Of a stretch of 34,544 bases of DNA, positions 19,761-27,969 are shown in pieces. How positions within the stretch are numbered: position 1 is the stretch's first letter; every line of letters starts with the position of its first letter. This DNA comes from a virus. Lineage: Duplodnaviria > Heunggongvirae > Uroviricota > Caudoviricetes. Location: the IMG/VR virus record IMGVR_UViG_2529292736_000012, one strand, 5' to 3'. A program made the translations under genes and the position numbers. The notes beneath the pieces are model-generated. The model had not been told where the DNA came from. It saw only the letters and a list, made by a program, of their open reading frames with translations, and did not search any database.

Positions 19761-21415
19761 TACCAGCCCCCTCGTTCAAACTGGTGATAATCATCAAAAT
19801 CATCGTTATCAACATCATCACCACGGTGGCGTGGTGGCAGCGCCTGTATGCTGTCCTCGTCGATAACAAAACCATTCATATAAGACGCTCTGACAGCCAT
19901 ACAGAGCGCCACGGCAAAGTCGCCATGTCGTCGGCCTTTACCGCCTTCATCTTTTGTGCGCCCCTTATCAATCTGCGGAATACCTTTGTCCACCTTGATG
20001 TGGAGCAGGTCATCAAGTGTGGTCTGGTGCCGGGCAATCGTGATGTTCGGCGCTTCAAACTCGCCTTTCAGTTTTGGCATCCACTCCTGATACCAGGATG
20101 CGGTCAGATTCACACAGTCGATCATCTCCGGGCCATAAATCAGACGGGCGGCTTCTGCCAGATAACCGCCGTTACCGGTGGCATCAAATGCAGCGCCGGT
20201 AAAACGGGGCAAACGGGACAGAATGAATAAAAGGATTTGTCGCTGCTGGTCATAGGTCACATTACGCAGCTCCACGCGGAAACATTCGCGTTTGCGTAAG
20301 TCTGGAGTGATGGCAAGCGGCACAAACACCGTCAGGTCGCCACGGCGTGCAAAGTCTTCGCCCAGTACGTGTTTATTGAGCGGCGACAGCGCATCGAGCA
20401 ACGGGAGCAGCTCCTGTTCACACCAGTCCTGAACGATGCCGTGGCGCATTTGTGGTGTCAGCGATTCAAAATCGTCCGGGGCTTCAAAACGCAGAATCGG
20501 GATATCCCGCGCTGGCGTCATGGCGGCTTCAATCAGCACGCGTGACAGATAAGCGCCCCCGGATTTTTTAGGAATGCAGCCGTATTCCTCGTCGGCACTC
20601 TCTTTATTCGGCGCATTCCGGTACAAGCCATCACGCCAGGCTTTTTCCGCTTCCGGCGACCACGGCTGATTCGTGACGTAACAGATACGTCGGTACAACC
20701 CGTCAGCGATGGCATCATCCAGCGTGATGCGGTGAACGCTGTAATCCTTGCGCCCCTCGCGCGCATCCTGAATGTACTGGTTAAACAGGTTATCGACGCC
20801 GTTATGTGTCGATATGATGCGCACGCTGGCACCCCACATGTTTAGTGCAAAGGCCGCTTTCAGCAGTTCGTCCAGGGCTTCATGGAATGCCGCCTCATCA
20901 ATCACCACGTCCCCCTGCAAACCACGCAGGTTAGACGGGCGGCTTGACAGCGCCTGTATCTTAAATCCGCTGTTCGGAAAGCGGATCATGTAGGTGAGGA
21001 TTTCTTCTTTTTTGTCGCTGTCCCAGAAGGTCTGCTCCCAGACGTCAGCCTTTGCCAGTTGGTTAAAGGCGCGGGCAAACAGGGCACAGGCGGCGATGTA
21101 TTCCAGCGCCATTTCCTGACGGGAACCCACATAAAAGACGTTGCGACCACCGCGACGCTTCGGCTTTGCGGCCGTCATGACATTGCGGCCCGCTTCAGCC
21201 CATGTCAGACCGGTTCGACGGGATTTTTCAGCAATACAAATCTGGCTTTCATCCTCAAACCAGCGGCGCTGATAGCCCAGAAAAACCGGTTCATTGCGGG
21301 GCTGTGCTTCCCCGATATCGGTCACGATATTCACGCCCAGCAGTCCGGCTTCCTTACGCAGGTCGATTTTGCGGGGCGCATGAAGGGCTTTAAGTTTGCT
21401 TTCTCTGGTACTCAT
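19760..21415 (-). CDS. Terminase large subunit (Mu gp28)
   Basis: 551-aa ORF; position between a small DNA-binding-type ORF and the portal gene. Confidence 0.85.
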   Translation of the reverse strand: MSTRESKLKALHAPRKIDLRKEAGLLGVNIVTDIGEAQPRNEPVFLGYQRRWFEDESQICIAEKSRRTGLTWAEAGRNVMTAAKPKRRGGRNVFYVGSRQEMALEYIAACALFARAFNQLAKADVWEQTFWDSDKKEEILTYMIRFPNSGFKIQALSSRPSNLRGLQGDVVIDEAAFHEALDELLKAAFALNMWGASVRIISTHNGVDNLFNQYIQDAREGRKDYSVHRITLDDAIADGLYRRICYVTNQPWSPEAEKAWRDGLYRNAPNKESADEEYGCIPKKSGGAYLSRVLIEAAMTPARDIPILRFEAPDDFESLTPQMRHGIVQDWCEQELLPLLDALSPLNKHVLGEDFARRGDLTVFVPLAITPDLRKRECFRVELRNVTYDQQRQILLFILSRLPRFTGAAFDATGNGGYLAEAARLIYGPEMIDCVNLTASWYQEWMPKLKGEFEAPNITIARHQTTLDDLLHIKVDKGIPQIDKGRTKDEGGKGRRHGDFAVALCMAVRASYMNGFVIDEDSIQALPPRHRGDDVDNDDFDDYHQFERGGW

Positions 21416-21511
21416 GGGTGAAAAATCCGGTGTAAAACGTTACCGGCGAATCCAGGAACAACCGATCACCTGACCTGCCGTCGCCGGGCATCCGCCATTT
21501 TCATCTCCTCA

Positions 21512-21679
21512 GGACAACATCCTTAGTTGCTTTATGGTGGTATGCCATGAATTGCCTGAAGCCATGGCCTGAACAAGCACATCCCGAATCTGGTGTATCA
21601 ACCGGACATCAGACAATGTTGCAATCCTGAAGGCTTTTTTATGGGCACTGATTAGCTGTGCTTTGTAATTATTTTTCAT
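21512..21679 (-). CDS. Hypothetical small protein (56 aa) between gp27-like gene and large terminase
   Basis: ATG 11 nt after the gp27 stop; MKNNYKAQLISAHKKAFRIATLSDVRLIHQIRDVLVQAMASGNSWHTTIKQLRMLS; weak RBS, so uncertain. Confidence 0.3.
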
Positions 21680-21689
21680 AACGTAACGC

Positions 21690-22280
21690 CTACGCTTTCC
21701 CCAGCAGTACATCACGGATGCGCTGCTCCAGTTCTTCGCTGATGCCATCCTGCCCGCGCAGTTCTTCACTGACAGCGTTTGCCGCTTCTTCTGCGAACGC
21801 CTGGCGGATTTCTTTCTCGCGCCGGTGGCTGGACATTGCCGTGGATTCCAGACGCTGTGCCGCCAGCATGGCATTTTTCAGCAGGTCAATATCCACGTCA
21901 GATTCCGGGTTTTCGATTTGCCGCATCATGGCCTTAAAAAGCTGGCTGCGGGCCATTTCCAGAATCAGCTTTGTGGTTTCGCCCATTGGCTTGTCGCCAA
22001 GTTCTGCGGTCAGTGCTGACGTCATTTCACGCATCTGTCGCAGGTTATGGCCTACCTGCTCGACGTTCGTCGCGTAACGGTTCAGACCGGAACGGGAGAG
22101 TTTCATCTCATCCGGCAGGCCTGCGTCTTCAATCAGTGCGTTAATTTCTTCCAGAATGCGGGCCTGTGGGATCGCCTTATCACGCAGCATTTCATGCAGC
22201 GTTTTACGTACGTTTTCCGGCAGTAAATCCACTTTTGAAGCCCGGCCCCGTGTTTTCCTGTCCATCACGCCTCCTGTCAT
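21690..22280 (-). CDS. Mu gp27-like protein (putative terminase small subunit / DNA-binding)
   Basis: 196-aa helical, charged ORF upstream of the large terminase. Confidence 0.65.
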   Translation of the reverse strand: MTGGVMDRKTRGRASKVDLLPENVRKTLHEMLRDKAIPQARILEEINALIEDAGLPDEMKLSRSGLNRYATNVEQVGHNLRQMREMTSALTAELGDKPMGETTKLILEMARSQLFKAMMRQIENPESDVDIDLLKNAMLAAQRLESTAMSSHRREKEIRQAFAEEAANAVSEELRGQDGISEELEQRIRDVLLGKA

Positions 22281-22567
22281 GCACGTGGACGCGGACGCTT
22301 GACACCGGCAACGCGGGCGCGGCCTTCCGCCACATCCTGACCTCGGGAGGTCAGCGTTACGACATAAAAGCCGCGCAGGTTTTCCACGGTGACCAGTTGC
22401 TGCTCTGCCAGCCAGTCAATCTGGCCGCGAACCACATCGCGGGAAACGTTGTGTCCGTATGCATCCAGACAGTCCTGAAGGATGGATTCGTTGGCTTCGT
22501 TATTGCAGTCCATCAGGGAACGCAGGATGACCAGACGACGGTCTTCAGTCAGAATATCGTTAATCAT
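22277..22567 (-). CDS. Mu gp26-like hypothetical protein
   Basis: 96-aa ORF with 4-nt overlaps to neighbours. Confidence 0.55.
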   Translation of the reverse strand: MINDILTEDRRLVILRSLMDCNNEANESILQDCLDAYGHNVSRDVVRGQIDWLAEQQLVTVENLRGFYVVTLTSRGQDVAEGRARVAGVKRPRPRA

Positions 22568-22881
22568 GAATTACTCCGGTTTACTGCGTTTTCAAGCAGT
22601 AGCTCCAGTTGATGGGAAAATGACTGCACCCGCTGGGACAGCACCCGGATATCGCCGGACAGCTCTGCAATACGCAGGCGCATTTCGTGTACATCTTCTG
22701 TGCCAGGGATGCTGGCGTAGCGGGTTTCCATTTCGGTCATCCGGTTTTCAAGACGCTCCACACGCTCGGTGCTGGCAAAACTACGACGCATCGCCCAGAC
22801 GGCCCCACCGGCCACAACAGGCAACAGGTAAGGCCATAACGCTAAAACTGAAATCAAATCCATTATTCTGCTCCACGGCAC
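22564..22881 (-). CDS. Mu gp25-like membrane-anchored protein (lysis-associated)
   Basis: 105-aa ORF with N-terminal hydrophobic segment followed by a helical domain. Confidence 0.55.
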   Translation of the reverse strand: MPWSRIMDLISVLALWPYLLPVVAGGAVWAMRRSFASTERVERLENRMTEMETRYASIPGTEDVHEMRLRIAELSGDIRVLSQRVQSFSHQLELLLENAVNRSNS

Positions 22882-23057
22882 CAGTGGCAGTAGTTCGCCA
22901 TCGGCTGCTGTCTCAGCACATCAGGCCGCAGCTCACGACCGCAACCGGCACACAATACAGGCGGGTCATACGCCGCCGGGCGGGGAATATCACGGGTATC
23001 CCCCTGCCAGAGTTCAGCGAGCAGCAGCGCCACCGCCCGGTTCTGGTCTTCGTTCAT
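22863..23057 (-). CDS. Mu gp24-like small Cys-containing protein
   Basis: 64-aa ORF with CAGC...CHWC motif (possible zinc ribbon); overlaps the 3' end of the preceding ORF. Confidence 0.5.
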   Translation of the reverse strand: MNEDQNRAVALLLAELWQGDTRDIPRPAAYDPPVLCAGCGRELRPDVLRQQPMANYCHWCRGAE

Positions 23058-23601
23058 AAATTTCTTTCCTTCGGATCTCCTGTTCCCGGACTGATGCCTT
23101 GTCGCGGTTGCACTGCCCGAGCGCCATCAACAGGTCAGCATTCCAGAGAAGGGATGCTCCCCACGTCAGGGGCTGTGGCATGGGCGGAACGGGCGTTGCT
23201 TCTGTCAGTTCTGTATCAGTTTCGGGCAGGATCACCACCGATGGCACGGGTGCGTTTTTCGAGTTCCCGCAACCTGTCAGCAGCAACGGCAGGCACAGGA
23301 CGAGTGCTGCAATTGTCACCAGTAATGGCGGTTGTAATTTTTCTTTTGCATCATGATGTTCTGTCTCATCTGCCAGCCGTGCGGCACGATTTGCGGCACG
23401 GATAGCGGAAAATACCTGCATCGTCTGTTCCTGACCGTGTAACAACCATTCAGCAGTGTGGCGGGCCTGTTGCTCCGTCTGTAATTCACGGCGCAGCGTC
23501 TGGTTATCGTGGCGGGTGCTGTCCAGCCTGTGCCACAACACCCCAGACAGAACGGCGGTAAACACGGCTGCCAGCAGTAAACTTTTACTGGCGAAGGTCA
23601 T
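23014..23601 (-). CDS. Spanin-like lysis protein (Mu gp23-like): N-terminal TM anchor plus coiled coil, followed in the same frame by a lipoprotein-like segment
   Basis: 195-aa ORF; N-terminal SLLLAAVFTAVLSGVLW; internal LVTIAALVLCLPLLLTGC (lipobox-like) followed by a Pro/Thr-rich stretch. Confidence 0.6.
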   Translation of the reverse strand: MTFASKSLLLAAVFTAVLSGVLWHRLDSTRHDNQTLRRELQTEQQARHTAEWLLHGQEQTMQVFSAIRAANRAARLADETEHHDAKEKLQPPLLVTIAALVLCLPLLLTGCGNSKNAPVPSVVILPETDTELTEATPVPPMPQPLTWGASLLWNADLLMALGQCNRDKASVREQEIRRKEIYERRPEPGGGAAAR

Positions 23602-24103
23602 CCGCCCCCCTGATATTCCAGATTGCCATTTCCACTTCGCGACGGTTCATCAGTCCTTTCCATTTATGGCCTGCGGCAAACACCCAGCGGGCCATCTGGT
23701 CACGCGCTCCGGCGTAATCACCGGCATTGAGTTTTTTCAGCAGCGTTGATTTACTGAATGCGGTAACACCGGTGTTGAAAATAAATGTTGCCAGCGCCGT
23801 TTTCTGATATGGCGTCAGCGGCACCCTGACAAGACGATCGATTGCCGCATAAACCGGTTTTAAATCACTGTCGAGGAGAGCCATACACTCCGCATGGCTG
23901 TAACGGCGCATTTCGATATCCGGCCCGGTATGTCCCACACAGACCGTAAGCACACCGGCAATATCGCGGTAAGGCATATAAGCGATATTTTCCAGATGGA
24001 TCAGAGACTGACGGGTCATTTCCTGATAACCACCCACACCACCACCGGCAATCGTTGCCGCCAGCAGTGCGGCTTTCAGTTTTTTTGGTATCCCCGCCAT
24101 CAT
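23585..24103 (-). CDS. lys: Endolysin (Mu lys, gp22), with N-terminal hydrophobic signal-anchor-like segment
   Basis: 172-aa ORF directly after C; lysozyme-like sequence; N-terminal LKAALLAATIAGGGVGG. Confidence 0.85.
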   Translation of the reverse strand: MMAGIPKKLKAALLAATIAGGGVGGYQEMTRQSLIHLENIAYMPYRDIAGVLTVCVGHTGPDIEMRRYSHAECMALLDSDLKPVYAAIDRLVRVPLTPYQKTALATFIFNTGVTAFSKSTLLKKLNAGDYAGARDQMARWVFAAGHKWKGLMNRREVEMAIWNIRGADDLRQ

Positions 24104-24194
24104 GCTTCCCTGAAAAAATGCTCTGATGGCAGTCTAAAAAATCAGGTGACAGGTGCGGGATTATGGTGACAGGAAATAACCGGCAGGATGCCGG
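24104..24194 (-). promoter_or_regulatory. C-lys intergenic region: hairpin after C and candidate C-dependent late promoter for lys
   Basis: Hairpin CCGGCATCCTGCCGG just after the C stop; motif ATCCCGCACCT shared with the G-I intergenic region. Confidence 0.5.
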
Positions 24195-24617
24195 TTATTT
24201 TGGGCTTTCAGGTGAGAACAGATCAGGCTGATGACGCCGTGTATGCAGCTTTCTCTGGCGGGCAATAATCTGGTAGATCTGCGGCTGGGACAGGCGGTAC
24301 TGGCGACGCAGTTCTTCCATGTTACGACCATTGAACTGGCAGTAAAGCAAATCGTCGCGTAACGCGGTCAGGATAGTATCGCCACAGGGGATATAAAACT
24401 GCCGCCCGCCCAGAAAACAGGACAGGGCAACGGCCTGTTTACGGGCAAGCTCACGGGGATTGCTGACGTTCTGGCGTTTCAGTTCGTTTTCCAGAACATC
24501 AATCAGATCAACCACCGAACGGGGCCAGCGTGATTCCAGTTCCGGGGCCGGGATGTTATCAATATGTCCGATTAACTGGCGAATTGCCGGATCGTGTTCA
24601 AATAAATCATGCTGCAT
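24195..24617 (-). CDS. C: Late transcription activator C
   Basis: 140-aa ORF MQHDLFEHDPAIRQLIGHIDNIPAPELESRW... recognised as Mu C; paralogous to Mor. Confidence 0.9.
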   Translation of the reverse strand: MQHDLFEHDPAIRQLIGHIDNIPAPELESRWPRSVVDLIDVLENELKRQNVSNPRELARKQAVALSCFLGGRQFYIPCGDTILTALRDDLLYCQFNGRNMEELRRQYRLSQPQIYQIIARQRKLHTRRHQPDLFSPESPK

Positions 24618-24629
24618 ATTTTCCCCCGG

Positions 24630-24749
24630 TTAACAGACAGAAAGATACACCACGGCACTGATGGTTATCAGAACCACAAGGGCAATCACTTTTATCGCAT
24701 TAATCAGCGTGGACGGCCCGAAACATTCATCACTGAATTTTCTGTACAT
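24630..24749 (-). CDS. Small hydrophobic protein (39 aa), Mu gp20-like
   Basis: Manual translation: MYRKFSDECFGPSTLINAIKVIALVVLITISAVVYLSVC; sits between the membrane protein ORF and C. Confidence 0.4.
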   Translation of the reverse strand: MYRKFSDECFGPSTLINAIKVIALVVLITISAVVYLSVC

Positions 24750-24758
24750 GGTGCCCCT

Positions 24759-25172
24759 TTACCCGAACAGACGAGCGCGAAAACGAAAGGAGAGCCAGAA
24801 CGTCAGCAATCCGGCCAGCGCCCAGATGACATGCTCAGGACCCGTTTTCAGTTGAGACGTTGCCATCACGGCTAATCCCAGCCCGGACAGACTCCCCAGC
24901 CAGGTCAGCGGCCAGACGAACCGGGCAAAATGTTCAGGCACCCGGCAGCTCATTATCAGCGCATCCAGACAATCACCGGCAACACATAAAGCAACACTGA
25001 AAACCGAGGCACAGCAAAACATCAGCGCGCGCCAGCCACAAAACAGACTTATCCACAATAACAGCGCCAGTAACACCACCGATAAAAAATCAGGCCACTG
25101 ACGAGCAGAACGCTCAGACATAATGTTTCTCCCTGTAAAGCAGGCAATGATGAAGAATTTCCGGCATATCAA
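24759..25172 (-). CDS. Membrane protein (Mu gp19-like; possibly lysis/holin-related); real start probably the internal Met at ~25121
   Basis: 137-aa ORF with several hydrophobic helices; using the 25172 start would overlap the upstream ORF by 59 nt. Confidence 0.55.
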   Translation of the reverse strand: MICRKFFIIACFTGRNIMSERSARQWPDFLSVVLLALLLWISLFCGWRALMFCCASVFSVALCVAGDCLDALIMSCRVPEHFARFVWPLTWLGSLSGLGLAVMATSQLKTGPEHVIWALAGLLTFWLSFRFRARLFG

Positions 25173-25332
25173 CTGACTGCCAGCCTTTCATGTAATAACT
25201 GCCGTGGGTGCCATCATGACCGGTATAGTCGCGGGGTGCAGGCCGTGGCCCACCGGCGACACGGTGCAAAACCTCCTGACGCAGCCGCTCACGTCTGCCA
25301 AGATGAAAGGATGCATTCCAGCCTTTACCCAT
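25114..25332 (-). CDS. Mu gp18-like hypothetical protein (first gene of the middle transcript)
   Basis: 72-aa ORF starting ~50 nt after the early terminator. Confidence 0.5.
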   Translation of the reverse strand: MGKGWNASFHLGRRERLRQEVLHRVAGGPRPAPRDYTGHDGTHGSYYMKGWQSVDMPEILHHCLLYREKHYV

Positions 25333-25379
25333 GATGATTTCCCCCGGTACGGTTATTCATCACAGGATATTGAGGACGT

Positions 25380-25402
25380 AAAAAAAGCCGGATTAACCGG
25401 CT
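25380..25402 (-). terminator. Intrinsic terminator after mor (end of early operon; Mu t9.2 equivalent), overlapping the expected middle promoter/Mor-binding region
   Basis: On the transcribed strand: AGCCGG-TTAAT-CCGGCT followed by TTTTTTT, 8 nt after the mor stop. Confidence 0.75.
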
Positions 25403-25409
25403 TTACTGT

Positions 25410-25799
25410 TTACAGAAGTGAGGGCTGGTACTGGCGGTATTTCAGCCGTCGCATCCGGCGAATGGCCTTGTAAACCGTATTGAAAGTGACACCATAACGG
25501 GTGGTCAGTTCGCTGACGTTGCGACCGTTAAAATCATTCCAGATACGCAAATCCCGAATCAGCGAGTCCAGAACCTGACCGCGTGGAATGTAGACCTGAC
25601 CGCCGCCCAGATGCTTACAGATAGCCACAACAATCTCCAGTGAATGGGCAGGATCAACACCCAGCCGGGACAATTCCCCGCGTAGTAAATCGTTCAGCTC
25701 CGCCAGCAGTGCCGGAAAGCGTGACGTATCCTCTGCGGGATTGTCAAGATGTGCCAGGATGGTGTCATCCTGCAAATCACCAAATAAATCTTCCGTCAT
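25410..25799 (-). CDS. mor: Middle transcription activator Mor
   Basis: 129-aa ORF MTEDLFGDLQDDTILAHLDNPAEDTSRFPALLAELNDLLR... recognised as Mu Mor; paralogous to C. Confidence 0.9.
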   Translation of the reverse strand: MTEDLFGDLQDDTILAHLDNPAEDTSRFPALLAELNDLLRGELSRLGVDPAHSLEIVVAICKHLGGGQVYIPRGQVLDSLIRDLRIWNDFNGRNVSELTTRYGVTFNTVYKAIRRMRRLKYRQYQPSLL

Positions 25800-26347
25800 T
25801 GTGCCATCCTCCGTGTCTTTCTGGCATGGGCATAAGCCGCCGTCATGGCATCATAGCCGCGCAGTTCACGCCCGGACGGACTGACTGGCAACGGAAGCCC
25901 GTGACGGGAAAAGGCTTCACGAATACAGCGGATATGCCACTGCTTGAGAGTTTCGAGAACAATCAACAGGGTGTCGCCATGACACCACGCCAGCGTGGAA
26001 ACGCCCTGTCCGCCATTACGTTTCGCCGTCAGGCGCTGAACATATTTATCCAGCGCCACATCACCGCCATCGGTAATAAAACCGTCTTCTGCCATCTGCT
26101 GCCAGACTTTGTATACCTTCTCGCGGGGCGTGACATGCCCCTTAAAGCGGCGACGTGGATGTTTATTCAGCTTCTTAAAGCCGCGTTCTTTCATGGCATC
26201 GAGCACCTGTTCCAGTTGCGTAACCGTCAGCTCGCGGCAACTGATTTTGCCCGTTTTCTGCATCAGAAAAGCGCGGTAAGTGTCGTCGTCGAGTTGTAGC
26301 TCCCGACGGGCGACATGGATTAATTTAATCAGGGATGTGCGATTCAT
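25796..26347 (-). CDS. gemA: GemA
   Basis: 183-aa ORF overlapping the mor start by 4 nt; GGAGG RBS. Confidence 0.8.
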   Translation of the reverse strand: MNRTSLIKLIHVARRELQLDDDTYRAFLMQKTGKISCRELTVTQLEQVLDAMKERGFKKLNKHPRRRFKGHVTPREKVYKVWQQMAEDGFITDGGDVALDKYVQRLTAKRNGGQGVSTLAWCHGDTLLIVLETLKQWHIRCIREAFSRHGLPLPVSPSGRELRGYDAMTAAYAHARKTRRMAQ

Positions 26348-26416
26348 GATCGTACCTCCGGAAAGAGGCGGTGCTGCAACACCGCCTGAATTTACACATC
26401 AATCAGAGAGGATTTT

Positions 26417-26683
26417 ATGGAAAATAATGTACAACCTTATGATGTTGCAGGTTATGCGATTGCATCAGCACTGGTGCGCCTTCTGGTGAAGAAGGCGATC
26501 ATCACCGCAGAAGAGGGCCAGGCCATTTTCAGCTCTTCAGCAGAGATTTTAAAAGATGCGCCTGCAATAAGAACAAGCCGCCGCGAAAACATGCAACTGT
26601 CAAAGATCATGGAAGACATTATCAGTTCGTTAGACCCAGATGCTGACGGATCTCAAAAGCCTCAAACACATGAGCGTCAGTAA
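26417..26683 (+). CDS. Hypothetical 88-aa protein encoded antisense to the early operon
   Basis: ATG preceded by AGAGAGGA at 5-nt spacing; helical sequence MENNVQPYDVAGYAIASALVRLLVKKAIITAEEGQAIF...; 62-nt 3' overlap with the convergent gp15-like ORF. Confidence 0.35.
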   Translation: MENNVQPYDVAGYAIASALVRLLVKKAIITAEEGQAIFSSSAEILKDAPAIRTSRRENMQLSKIMEDIISSLDPDADGSQKPQTHERQ

Positions 26684-26924
26684 CAATATCCTGGTCTGAT
26701 AACCCCAGCCTGCGGCGGATGTACTCCTCGCGGGCTGTTTCATTTTGCAGTGCCACTACTGTTTCCAGACGATTCATTTCGCGGTTGATAATGTCACGGA
26801 CTTCTCTGGCGGTGAGATTATGCTTAATACCATATTCAACGATAGCGCGAACACGTTCCAGCATCCCTTTTTCAGCCATGACGTTATCAATATTAAGGGG
26901 AGTAAATTTATCTTCATTGTTCAT
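26622..26924 (-). CDS. Mu gp15-like early protein
   Basis: 100-aa ORF; synteny in the semi-essential early region. Confidence 0.6.
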   Translation of the reverse strand: MNNEDKFTPLNIDNVMAEKGMLERVRAIVEYGIKHNLTAREVRDIINREMNRLETVVALQNETAREEYIRRRLGLSDQDIVTDAHVFEAFEIRQHLGLTN

Positions 26925-27244
26925 TTTGCGGCCCTCAGAATAAATTCAGGATAAAATTTCAGACTCATTTGCCGTAACACATCCAGTGCAGCAACGGCTG
27001 CTGATTTATCGTTGCCATCAGCAATAGCGCGGAGATTTTCAATAATCCAGTGAGGACTCAGTGACTCAGCAATAATGCCAAACCGGTACGCCATGACCTC
27101 ATCAATAGCTTTTTCATGAGACGTCTCATATACAAAATTCACAAATTCATGCACTTCTTTTTTCGGCAAACCACCGGCAATCAGCAGGGCGGCAAGCTCT
27201 TCTGATTTTGAAAATACACCATTATTCATATCACTCACCTTCAC
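26921..27244 (-). CDS. Mu gp14-like early protein
   Basis: 107-aa ORF; synteny. Confidence 0.6.
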   Translation of the reverse strand: MKVSDMNNGVFSKSEELAALLIAGGLPKKEVHEFVNFVYETSHEKAIDEVMAYRFGIIAESLSPHWIIENLRAIADGNDKSAAVAALDVLRQMSLKFYPEFILRAAK

Positions 27245-27413
27245 AATTCATGCACGCCGTGTCATCGCCCATATCGCAGTGGTTGCATTTCTGCCCGCCA
27301 CAATGAGGGCACTCTTTCAGATATTCAGGGGATTCATTACCGCAGGTCGGGCATTCCTGTTTCACCGTGGTAAATTTCCCCAGCCACGAATACGATGTTT
27401 CACTGTTTTCCAT
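27231..27413 (-). CDS. Mu gp13-like small Cys-rich protein (probable zinc ribbon)
   Basis: 60-aa ORF with CPTC...CPHC...CNHC...CMNC. Confidence 0.6.
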   Translation of the reverse strand: MENSETSYSWLGKFTTVKQECPTCGNESPEYLKECPHCGGQKCNHCDMGDDTACMNCEGE

Positions 27414-27969
27414 TAGTTACCTCCGCCTGTTTTTGCGCCCGGATAAATTCGTCAGAAAGGATTTCAGTCATGCGGCCTTGCGCGGGTGTCATCCCCGTCA
27501 TGACGTAAATCACATCACCAACACGGAACCACTGGAGCGGCCCGAATATTGTTGCGCTGAAATCCAGTCCCAGTGCGGGTAAAAGAGCGTCTGTGCGGGC
27601 GTAAGTGACCGGAATATTCTCCTGCCATATTTTCGCCAGCTCTCTTGCCTGCTCCCTGAGATGAGCAGGTATCCGCGAAGTTCTGGGCCTGCAACTGTTA
27701 CCTGATGCGGGCCGTTGTACGGTCCACAGCTCCCGCGAGAAGGGGCGCTCATTCCCCGGAAAGTTCACACCATGAAAATGACGCCCACCAATACCGGTGC
27801 TGAATACTGACCGGCAACCACAGCCCAGAACCTTATCAAGATGGCGGGCTTCTTCGCGTAGTTTCAGGCAGTCCGCCATAAACTGGTCCCATGCCAGCAG
27901 TGCTGCGGGATTTGACGTTTTAAAAAACATCACGCCACCTCCTGCACCGTTGCGGGAACCGGAGAACAA
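27400..27969 (-). CDS. Mu gp12-like early protein
   Basis: 189-aa ORF; synteny. Confidence 0.6.
   Translation of the reverse strand: MFSGSRNGAGGGVMFFKTSNPAALLAWDQFMADCLKLREEARHLDKVLGCGCRSVFSTGIGGRHFHGVNFPGNERPFSRELWTVQRPASGNSCRPRTSRIPAHLREQARELAKIWQENIPVTYARTDALLPALGLDFSATIFGPLQWFRVGDVIYVMTGMTPAQGRMTEILSDEFIRAQKQAEVTNGKQ

Noticed and set aside
21509-21874. 121-aa - strand ORF overlapping the gp27-like gene
   Set aside because: Its N-terminal two thirds overlap the gp27-like ORF out of frame; only the last 56 codons downstream of the gp27 stop are retained as a low-confidence small ORF.
22482-23405. 307-aa + strand ORF
   Set aside because: Antisense to the lysis gene cluster; Pro/Arg-rich low-complexity translation; considered spurious.
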